Part shown: piece after piece, positions 11,997-21,793 of the stretch
Layout: each line of letters begins with the position of its first letter
Position numbering within the stretch: position 1 is the stretch's first letter
From: Heteronotia binoei
Taxonomy: Eukaryota
Assembly: GCF_032191835.1 (NCBI RefSeq)
Contig: NC_083223.1
Location: 254,448,001-254,512,000, forward strand
Length of the DNA stretch: 64,000 nucleotides
Direction: 5' to 3'
Translations under genes and position numbers: made by a program
The notes under the pieces: generated by a model
Databases searched by the model: none
Told to the model about the DNA's origin: nothing
The model's input: only the letters and a program-made list of their open reading frames with translations

Positions 11997-12468
11997 TAGG
12001 GTTACCAGATCCAGACTGAGGAATCCCTGGAGATTTGTGAATGGAGCCTAGGGAGGATGAGGGGCTAAGTGGGGTACAATGCCATAGAACCCACCCTCCA
12101 AAGCATCTATTTGCTCCAGGGGAACTGATTGGTGTAGTGGTTAAGTGTGCTGACTCTTATCTGGGAGAACCGGGTTTGATTCCCCACGCCTCCACTTGCA
12201 CCTGCTGGAATGGCCTTGGGTCAGCCATCGCTCTGGCAGAGGTTGTCCTTGAAAGGGCAGCTGCTGTGAGAGCTCTCTCAGCCCCACCCACCTCACAGGG
12301 TGTCTGTTGTGGGGGGAGAAGATATGGGAGATTGTAAGCCATTCTGAGTCTCTGATTCAGAGAGAAGGACGGGGTATAAATCTGCAATTCTTCTTCTTCA
12401 TCTCTGCATTCTGATGAGCTGTAATTCCAGGGGATCCCCAGGGCCCACCTGGAGGCTGGCATCCCTAC
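11997..12468. mobile_element. hAT MITE (TAGGGTTGCCA family) interrupted by a Squam3-like SINE (about 12129-12400)
   Basis: TAGGGTTACCA..GGCATCCCTA termini; the MITE body resumes after the SINE. Confidence 0.65.
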
Positions 12469-13796
12469 ATGGCCTAAACTCTATCCGTTCTGAATAGGAT
12501 AGCTGATGGAGGAAAGGGGAACAGAAGCCTCAATAGCTGCTGGCTCATTGTCATGAACACACATACAAACTCTAAGCTCCTGGTATAATACCAAAGAGCC
12601 AGGATCAAAGCATGAAAGGAGGTGGATTCACTTGTTGGTGCCAGGTAGTTTATCTATTGGAGTAACGATCGCAGACATTAGGGAATTGGGAAGTGAAAGT
12701 TTTTAAACACCCTCTTTGTTCTTGACAAAACTCAGTACAAGGCAGAAACTTTGAAGGGTGAGGAGATGTGAGCCAACTGAGACAGCTGAAGTCCAAAATG
12801 GCCCTTGTGATAGCCCTTAGATATAAGGATGCTGGACAGATGTTGCTTTGTGACTACAGGACATGCTTTATTTCTCCTGCATCTGCATGATCAAACGTGT
12901 ACTCTGAATTCCATGTTAGGGACAAAGTCTGCCTTCTCCAGGTTCCGCCCCTCACTTTCCAGGAATTTCTCGTCAAAGCTGGCCACCCAACCATATACAG
13001 TCCCCCTCCCCATGATCAGAAATATTTAGAAAGCAGTTCCGCAGTTCATGCGGAGGAAGCTTACATGTGAACATTGCCTCCATGCATGGGATGCCATGCT
13101 AATGAGCTGGTGATCGCACGGGGGTGGGATCAGCATACTCCTCCCACCCACTCTCCCTGTCTCTGTGTTTATTCAAAACAAGGACTGGTCACATCTTCAC
13201 AGCTACCAAGTCAGACACTGGCTTATCAATTTCAGCATTGTCTATTCTGACTGGTGGCATTTCACCAGTATCTCAGGTGGAGGGCTTTCCCAGCACCTTC
13301 TGCCTGCTCTTTTTAATATGCTAGGGATGGAAGTTGGAACCTGTATCCAAAGCAGCAGGCACTCTATCATGGACCCAGAACTAGCACTTTGAACCAAGTA
13401 CAGGAGCAAAGGAGCTGCCAGACAAGGCTTTTAGGGCTGGTGAAATCTGTTTGTAGCAATAAGCACTTGCTGAAAGTTATGTTGCTGGGTTTTGTACCAA
13501 TTTCCATTTCCAAAGGCATGTCCATGTGCAGCACACAGCAGGAAGGCCTAGTCTTGCTGTACTGCACCTAGTATTGCTTCTTCTGCTGCTGGTTATGGCT
13601 GTCAGGAATGAGAAGGCCTTTCCAAACACCTATGCCTTCCCTGTAACAGCAAACACTGAACCTGAGACCTTCTACATGAGCTTGAGCACAGAACTCTCTC
13701 CCCACCAACAGTTCAGAAGCTAACACAGGAATAGCTGTTGAAAAGCAAGCAAACAAAATATATGACAGGTAGAGAAAGACTGCTGCAGGGCAGGGT

Positions 13797-14000
13797 GTAG
13801 AGTTGCCAAACTCCAGGTTTGTAACTGGAGATCTTCTGCTATTACCACTGATCAGTTCCCTGGAGAAAAATGGCTGCTGTGGAAGGTGGACTCTATGGCA
13901 TTATACCCCACTCAAGTCCCTCCCTAAACACCACCCTCCTCAGTCCACCTCCACCTCCAATATCTTTGGGTATTTCCCAGCTTGGAGCCAGCAACCGTAG
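13797..14000. mobile_element. hAT MITE (TAGGGTTGCCA family), degenerate
   Basis: TAGAGTTGCCA..GCAACCGTA; shared core GATCAGTTCCCTGGAGAAAA. Confidence 0.6.
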
Positions 14001-14035
14001 TAAGTGGTGTAATTATTCAAGAATTACAAATGCAT

Positions 14036-16328
14036 GTCAATCTCCTTGTCGATCTTGGCATCTGAGGAGATGATGCACCCCAGGTAGCTGAACTGCTGGA
14101 CTGTCTTCAGAACTGATTCACCCACAGTGATGCAGGGAGGGTGATAATCTTCCTGGGGTGCAGGCTGGTGGAGAACTTCTGTCTTCTTCAGACTAACTTC
14201 TAGGCCGAATAGCTTGGCAGCCTCTGCAAAGCAGGACGTCATATGCTGCAGAGCTGATACCGAGTGGGAGACGAGTGCAGCATCGTCAGCAAACAGTAGC
14301 TCTCGGATGAGTTTTTCCATTGTCTTGGAGTGTGCCTTTAGTCGCCTCAGGTTGAACAGGCTGCCATCGGTGCGATAGCGGATGTAGACACCATCGTCCT
14401 CATCTAGATCTACTGCGGCTCTTTGAAGCATCATGCTAAAGAAGATCGTAAAGAGAGTTGGCGCGAGAACGCAGCCTTGCTTTACACCTGTGCCTATTGG
14501 GAAGGGCTCCGAGAGGTCGTTGCAGTGTCTGACTTGGCCTCGCTGGTCTTCGTGTAGCTGGATGATCATGCTGAGGAACCTTGGGGGACATCCTAAACGT
14601 TCCAAGATTTGCCACAGGCCTTTCCTGCTAACGGTATCGAAAGCTTTGGTAAGGTCGACAAAAGTCACATACAGACCCTTGTTCTGTTCCCTGCATTTCT
14701 CTTGGAGCTGCCTGAGAACAAATACCATGTCGGTGGTGCTCCTGTTAGCTCTGAAGCCGCACTGGCTCTCTGGGAGGAGTTCTTCTGCAATGGTGGGCAC
14801 CAGTCTGTTCAGGAGTATTCTGGCAAGGATTTTGCCTGCGATGGAGAGCAGGGTTATCCCCCGGTAGTTGGAGCAGTCTGACTTTTCCCCTTTGTTCTTG
14901 TATAGGGTGATGATGATTGCATCGCGAAAGTCCTGTGGTAATTTGCCTTGTTCCCAGCAGGTGACAAGTACTTTGTGAAGTGAGCTATGTAGTACTGTGC
15001 CCCCATGCTTCCAGATCTCTGGTGGAATTCCATCAACTCCTGCTGCCTTGCCACTTTTCAGTTGCTTGATGGCTTTAACAGTCTCTTCTAGGGTGGGGAT
15101 CTCATCCAACTCTGTTTTCACCGGTTGAAGTGGGGTGAGGTGGATTGCTGAATCTTGAACTACGCGGTTGGCACTGAAGAGAACCTGAAAATACTCCGAC
15201 CACCGGTTCAGTATGGATGCCTTGTCTGTGAGGAGCACTTGGCCGTCTGCACTATGCAAGGGACTCTGAGCCTGATATGATGGACCATATACTGCCTTCA
15301 GGGCTTCGTAGAACCCTCTTAAATCACCAGTGTCTGCACACAGCTGGGTTCTCTCTGCAAGCTTGGTCCACCACTCGTTCTGAATGTCTCGAAGCTTGCG
15401 CTGGAGGTTGCTACATGCAGCACGAAAGGTTGCTTTTTTCCCAGGACAGGAGGGCTGAGCAAGATGTGCTTGGTAGGCAGATCTCTTTTTTGCCAGTAAT
15501 TCTTGGATCTCTTGATTGTTCTCATCAAACCAGTCCTTGTTCTTCCTTGTGGAGAACCCGAGGACTTCTTCAGAGATCTGCAGGACGGTAGTTTTTAGGT
15601 GTTCCCAGAGTGCTTCTGGAGAAGGGTCTGTGGGGCAACTGAGGTCCTCAATTCTTGACTGGAGTTTTGCCTGGAAGGCAGCTTTAACTTCGGCTGACTG
15701 GAGGCTGCCAACCTGAAACTTCCTCCGAGGGATACCTCCTCTCCTGGGTGTGGGTTTAAAGTGAAGACGGAGATTGCAGCGTACAAGACGATGATCCGTA
15801 TGACATTCTGCGCTGGGCATTACTCGGGTGTGTAAGACATCTCGAAGGTCTCTCTGGCGCACCAGAATGTAGTCGATAAGGTGCCAATGCTTGGACCGTG
15901 GGTGCATCCAGGTTGTCTTCAGACTGTTCTTCTGCTGGAAGATAGTGTTGGTGATGGTGAGCTGGTGCTCCATGCAGAATTCTAGCAGGAGGCGCCCGTT
16001 GTCATTGCAGTTGCCAATGCCGTGTTTGCCAAGTACTCCTTTCCAGGCTTCCGAGTCTTTACCTACTCTGGCATTGAAGTCGCCAAGGATGATCACCTTG
16101 TCCTCTGTAGGGGTCTTCCGTACGAGGTTGCGTAGATCAGCATAGAACTTGTTCTTTTCTGCAGGATCTGCTTGAAGGGTTGGGGCATACACACTGAAGA
16201 GTGTTGCATGCTGCTTGTTTTGAAGTGGGAGGCGCATGGACATGATGCGATCTGAGTGACCTGTTGGAAGGTTTTCGAGTTTGGAGGCAATGGAGTTCCT
16301 GACCATGAAGCCAACGCCAGAACAGGCC
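14036..16328 (-). CDS. RTE ORF, endonuclease plus reverse transcriptase portion (stop-free, N-terminally truncated)
   Basis: Lies within the 802-aa ORF 14024-16432; element-derived part runs SGVGFMVRNS..KIDKEID. Confidence 0.85.
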
Positions 16329-17061
16329 AACAGGCTGGCAAAGGCAAACCGTGCATTTGGCCGACTGCACAAAAGAGTGTGGAGCAACAAGCATCTGAAA
16401 AAAGGCACAAAGATCAATGAAAAAAGGCACAAAGATCAATGTTTACAAAGCGGTTGTGATGACAACCCTCATCTATGGCTCCGAATCGTGGGTTTTATAC
16501 CGTCATCACCTGCGACTCCTTGAGCGCTTTCATCAGCGCTGCCTTCGCACCATCCTCAACATCCACTGGAGTGACTTTGTGACCAACACTGAAGTCCTCA
16601 AGCGGGCAGAGGTTACCAGCATCGAGGCACTGCTGTTGAAGATGCAGCTGCGCTGGGCAGGGCATATTTCTAGGATGGAAAACCACCGCCTTCCCAAGAT
16701 TGCCCTGTATGGCGAACTCTCCACCGGCCATCGTAATAGAGGGGCACCAAAGAAGAGGTACAAGGACTCCTTGAAGAAATCCCTTAGCACCTGTCACATC
16801 AACCATCACCAGTGGTCTGACCTAGCCTCAGATCGCAAAGCATGGAGGCACACCATCCACCAGGCTGTCTCTTCCTTTGAGAACACACGCATAGCTGGTC
16901 TTGAGGACAAAAGGAGATTGAGGAAGAATCGCACTGCTACAGGACCAACCCTAAATCAGACTTTTCCCTGCAGCCGCTGTGGCCGGACCTGCCTGTCCCA
17001 CATTGGTCTTGTCAGCCACCAGCGAGCCTGCAGCAAACGTGGACTATTGCACCCTTCTTAA
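16329..17061 (+). pseudogene. RTE ORF C-terminal portion, frameshifted by a 22-nt tandem duplication
   Basis: NRLAKANRAFGRLHKRVW..CSRCGRTCLSHIGLVSHQRAC; duplicated unit 16398-16419/16420-16441. Confidence 0.85.
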
Positions 17062-17179
17062 ATCTTCGTTCGCGAAGCCAAGCCGAGAGAGAGAGAGAGA
17101 GAGAGACAAATGCATGTATTGTAATTTGTGTTTGGGAAATACTGAAAGGGTGTGCTTCTTTAGCTAAGAGGGTACCTAC

Positions 17180-17261
17180 CAGGTCCAGAGACACCATGCA
17201 CAAACCCCAGCAAACTCTCGTTCTCTGCATCCCCAAGCTTCGGAATTTTGGTGAAATCCAT
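17180..17261 (-). CDS. ATP6V1A: V-ATPase subunit A-like, first coding exon (MDFTKIPKLGDAENESLLGFVHGVSGP); exon begins at 17283 with 22 nt of 5'UTR
   Basis: ATG at 17261; G|gtagg donor; tctacag acceptor at 17284 implies an upstream non-coding exon; 82 coding nt. Confidence 0.93.
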
Positions 17262-18017
17262 AGCTTCAGGAGATCCGTTGGGGCTGTAGAGCAATCACAA
17301 TGGATACAATGTCTGTAGCAAAAGGAAATATAAAACAAACCTAAAAGAAAGAAAGGCAAAAACATGAGAGGGGGAACTTTATGTAGTGTAGTAGTTAAAA
17401 TGTTGGAGTAGGAGCTGGGAGTCCCAGGTTCAAATCCCCATTCTGACAAAGAAGTTTGGAGATGACCTTGGGCCTGCCACACACTCTCAGCCTAACCTGC
17501 CTCTCAGGGTCATTGTGAGGATAAAATGGAGGAGAGGATAATAATGTAAGCTGCTTTGAAGAAGAGTTGGTTTTTAAACACAGCTTTTCTCTACCTTAAG
17601 GAGTCTCAAAGCGGCTTGCTTCCTCTACCCACAAAAGGCACCTTGTCAGGTAAGTGGGACTGAGAGAGTTGTGGGAGAACCATGACCGGCCCAATACTGC
17701 ATGTGGAGGAGGAGTGGAAAATCATACCCAGCTCTCCAGTTTAGAGGCAGCTGCTTTTAACCACACTGGCTCTCACTTGAGAGGGAAGTAGACTATAAAT
17801 AAACAAACCAATAAATATATTAAAAACATGCTGCCCATGGAGGAAAGGTGAGATTAAAATGTAGGTAGTTAGATTCCCACAGGGCAGTTGGTCACAAACT
17901 GCCTTGTCAGTTTGTAGAATTCAGCTGATGGGTCACAAGAGATAACTGGACCAAGGCCTTGGGTATTTTTCAATCATATTTTTTAAATCCCATTCATCTT
18001 CCAAGTGGCTCAGGGCA

Positions 18018-18695
18018 TAGGGTTGCCAAGTCCAATCCCAGAAATATCTGGGGACTTTGGGGGTGGAGCCAGGAGACTTTGGGAGTGGAGCCAGGAGACA
18101 CTGGAATGGAGCTAGGGGGGAGGGGGGGGAAACGGCGCCAGGCAGCGTGGCGAACCGCCCCGTCTCGGAGCGGGCGACGCCGCTGCGCGGCTGCCGCCTC
18201 TTCTCCACTCGCTGTGGCTGCTCCTCCGAGATGGGCTCAGGCTGAGCCCATCTCGGAGGAGCAGCTGCAGTGGGGCAGGGGGGGGCGGCAGCGGCCTCAC
18301 CCGCTCCGCCTCTGGGGTGGAATCCGAGGGGGGGGTAGAGGCGGGCCAGGGGCGTGGCGAGCCGCGAGTTCGGGTCCTAGAAGGGCCCGGATTCACAGCT
18401 CGCCATGCTCCTGGCCTGCCTCGCCCTCCCCTTCTCTGGTTTTGCCTGCGCTGCTGCCGCCTCTTGGCTGCTCCTCCAAGATGGGCTCAGCCTGGGCCCA
18501 TCTCGGAGGAGCAGCTGCGGTGGGCGGGGAGGGGGTGGCAGCGGCGCGGTGGCCTCGCCCGCTTCAGGATCGGGCGGCTCGCCATGCTCCCCGGCGCCGT
18601 TTCCCCCCTCCCCCCGCTTCTGTTTTTTTGGGGAACGGGGGAAGAGGGTGGAAATCCTGGGGTCCCCCGCCAGGGCGGGAGGGTTGGGAAGCCTA
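18018..18695. mobile_element. GC-rich non-autonomous hAT element with internal hairpins
   Basis: TAGGGTTGCCAA..TTGGGAAGCCTA termini; perfect 8-bp TSD TCAGGGCA; related element at 29512-30016. Confidence 0.85.
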
Positions 18696-18880
18696 TCAGG
18701 GCACTATATATAATTTTCTCTTAGTCTAGTTTATCCTCACAACTGTACTATAAAATAGGTTATCAGCAAATTTTCTCCAGGGGAGAAATACGGATCAGCA
18801 AATTTTTATAATTAAAGAGCTATAACATCAACATTTAGAACAAGTTATTAAGAGAGAACCGGCAGAAGGAAGCCCATTTG

Positions 18881-19123
18881 TATAAGAACATAAGAGAAGC
18901 CATGTTGGATCAGGCCAATGGCCCATCCAGTCCAACACTCTGTGTCACACAGTGGCCAAAAAGATTATATATATACACACACACATATATATACACACTG
19001 TGGCTAATAGCCACTGATGGACCTCTGCTCCATATTTTTATCTAACCCCCTCTTGAAGCTGGCTATGCTTGTAGCCGCCACCACCTCCTGTGGCAGTGAA
19101 TTCCACAAGTTAATCACCCTTTG
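18881..19123 (-). mobile_element. CR1 LINE 3' end
   Basis: Reverse complement of the CR1 tail (ATAAGAACATAAGAGAAGCCATGTTGGATCAGGCC); similar copies at about 47741-48005 and 62590-62900. Confidence 0.8.
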
Positions 19124-19169
19124 GATGACAACTTAAAATCGATAACTTTACATTAAAATGGATAACTTT

Positions 19170-19362
19170 TAGGGTTGCCAAGCTTCAGGTGGCATATGGA
19201 AATCTCCCATGTTTACAATTGATCTCCAGCTGGCAGAGATAATCTCCCCTGGAGAAAATGGCTGCTTTGGACTCTGTGGCCCTGCCTTCCCCAAATCCCA
19301 CCCTTTCCTGGATCTACCCCCAGAGTCTCCAGGTATTTTCCAACACAGACCTGGCAACTCTA
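19170..19362. mobile_element. hAT MITE
   Basis: TAGGGTTGCCA..TGGCAACTCTA; 8-bp TSD ATAACTTT. Confidence 0.85.
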
Positions 19363-20659
19363 ATAACTTTACATTATTCATTTCTGCAGTCCAAACACTG
19401 GTTGTCATAAGTCTTTTATTAGGATGTGCCACACATGAGATCTCACACTAAGTAATCAGTGTATACAGGAACACCCCTGTGCAGTTGTTTTAGCCCACTG
19501 GCATAAATCTGTGGATAGTTCATACTGGGATCACTGCTACCTGGTCACCTCTTTCATTGTTCTTTCTGTGAAGCATCTCTTTAAAAACCCTTCAGACCCA
19601 TAAAAATCTCTGCCTGCCATTCTCATCACACACTGGTTATTCTGGCATGCCACCTACCCCCTCTAACGTATCTTGGCTTAAAAATTTCATTGTCCCCTTT
19701 AAAAAGCCATAGTTGGCTCTGAACTAAGCTACGTTTGGCTCTAGGGCCGTAGGTGGCAGAAACCTGGGTTAGACTGAGAGGGAGTTTACTGGCCCACGGT
19801 TACCCAGCAAGCTTCATGGCTGAGTGGGGATATGAACCTAGACAAGTCAGATGCTCTAATTGCTATAGCATGACGGCTGTCAAAGGGGATCAGACTCATC
19901 AGATTCATCCACCTCTTACAGATTCAGATTCTAGAGACTCTGGGGATTTGCTTCCATAGAAACCCAGCCTAGCCCAAATCTCATCAGAGCATGGAAACTA
20001 AGCAGAGCCAGCCTGAGTTAGTACTTGGGAGGGCACTGCTGTACAGAGGAAGGCAACAGGAAACCACCTCTGCTCATCTCTTGACTTGGAAACCCCATCG
20101 TCTTGGGCTTGTCAATTGCTACTCGATAGCACACAATTACTATGATTAAGGTGAGCCATACCTTACGTTTGCCAACTTTCTTTTTTGATAGGGCTCCTAT
20201 ACCTTTAGAACCGGCTGTTCTTGGCAAGACGTCAACAGAGGGCAAGCTTTATGGGCTGAATTTCTGCAGTTATTAAAGGCAGAGGAGTAAAAAAAAAAAC
20301 CAAGTAACCCTGTTCAGCCTCTCCCTCCCCTCATTTCTGCATGCCAAGCAGTGTCGGATTAAACCCTACGGAGGCCCCTAGGCAGTCAAAAACTCGGGGG
20401 TCAACTCACAAATTATCTCAGAGTCTGGGGAACCACGCATGCGTCAAATCGGTTAAGACGCTCCCAGAACGTACTCCCGGAGAAATTTGTTATTAAGCCA
20501 TCGAAGAAGAGAGATAAACTTTTGAAAACAGTTTGAAATATTTGTGGAAGGAAGCAAGACCTGGAGGGCATTAATCAGAGTGAGTCTTTGGAAGTGTGAT
20601 TTCTTATCATCTCTTTACTCTCCGCTCCCTGGGAGGAGGCCAGAAAGCGAGAAGAGAAC

Positions 20660-21502
20660 ATGGCGACTAAAAAGGAGCTGAAGGATTTAACACAGCTCAT
20701 TGCTTCTTCAGAACAGAATGTAAGGGGCGATATTAAAGCTCTTAAAACAGACTTGAGACAGATGGCCATAGAAATTAAGAACATAAAAAAGGTGGCTGAT
20801 AAGGCAGCCAAAAAAGCTCAAGTTAATGAAGACAAAATTAAAGAGCTAACGAGCAAATTAGCGTTTGTAAGCGATCGTCAAAGGAGAAGAAACATTCGCT
20901 TATCAGGCATCCCTGAAGAGATTACACAGAAAGACCTTGAATCAAAACTACTGGAATGGCTTGAGCGTTATGATTTAAGGATACAAACGGAAGATATAGA
21001 AAGAGTACACAGATCTCTCCGCCCCAAGCCAAGCCTGGGAGCAAAGCCAAGGGATGTTATTATGGCTTTTGCAAGAGAGAAAATAAGGGACAATATTTAT
21101 AAATGTTTGAAACTTCAGAAGGATTTACAGCTTGATGATAATAAAGTTATAGTAAGACAGGACCTCTCTCCAGAGACACTCCAGCAAAGAGCAATACTAA
21201 GACCTTATACGCAAAGTCTTTTTGAAAATGGAATATTATTTTCATGGGGCTACCCGGCAGTGATTTTGGTTTTTAAAGAAGGCAAGCTGCTGCGAGCTAA
21301 AAATCCAGAAGAGGCAAGAAAAATGTTGGAGAGATTGGGAATCAACATGAGGCCGTTAGAACCAGGAAATGTGGAGGAGCAAGAAGACGAGCAACAGGAA
21401 CCTTGTGAGAACACTTCAAGTAGCAGTGAAGAAGAAGGAGAGTCGAGTCAGACATTGCAAAGCAAGCCAAAGCGTTTGAGAAAAGACACTGGGGGCTCTT
21501 AG
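20660..21502 (+). CDS. L1 ORF1p (coiled coil plus RRM-type RNA-binding domain), 280 aa
   Basis: RRRNIRLSGIPE, IERVHRS and PRDVIMAF motifs typical of L1 ORF1. Confidence 0.88.
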   Translation: MATKKELKDLTQLIASSEQNVRGDIKALKTDLRQMAIEIKNIKKVADKAAKKAQVNEDKIKELTSKLAFVSDRQRRRNIRLSGIPEEITQKDLESKLLEWLERYDLRIQTEDIERVHRSLRPKPSLGAKPRDVIMAFAREKIRDNIYKCLKLQKDLQLDDNKVIVRQDLSPETLQQRAILRPYTQSLFENGILFSWGYPAVILVFKEGKLLRAKNPEEARKMLERLGINMRPLEPGNVEEQEDEQQEPCENTSSSSEEEGESSQTLQSKPKRLRKDTGGS

Positions 21503-21793
21503 TAATGAGGGTCTCCAAGGGAACTTAATATTGCTTTCAATTTACTTTAAAAAAAAAAAATTTTTTTTGGAATAAGATGGCTTATAGAGAAATATTGAAA
21601 TGAGTTATATTAATTAGATAGGGAGGAAGGGAAAGGAACGTGGACCCCAACTTAGCAACGAAGAGGTCAGGAGGTTATGCCACCTGTATACCCTTTGAGG
21701 GTTCTTCTTCGGGGAGGGGGAAGGGGAAAGGTAGTGACCATCAAGTAAGAGAGGATAGAAATGAGCACATATGTATGAGATTTACAAAGGAAA

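Larger units (their letters stand above)
14036..17106. mobile_element. RTE-clade LINE with inverted 5' segment (14036-16328 on -, 16329-17106 on +)
   Basis: APE and RT motifs (GDFNARVG, DYILV, LFADD) on -; C-terminus with C2H2-like finger and (GA)11 tail on +; 12-bp TSD ACAAATGCATGT (14026-14037, 17106-17117). Confidence 0.92.

Noticed and set aside
14433-16145. Several plus-strand ORFs antisense to the RTE coding region
   Set aside because: Shadow ORFs of a long GC-balanced coding frame; no independent support.
17959-18729. 256-aa GC-rich ORF and overlapping ORFs
   Set aside because: Lies inside a TSD-bounded hAT element; low-complexity Gly/Arg/Ala/Pro product expected from stop-poor GC-rich DNA; no domain similarity.
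14026-20427. The RTE and L1 TSDs both begin ACAAAT
   Set aside because: Only two events, different endonuclease clades, AT-rich hexamer, and the first A is ambiguous with the element tails; probably coincidence.
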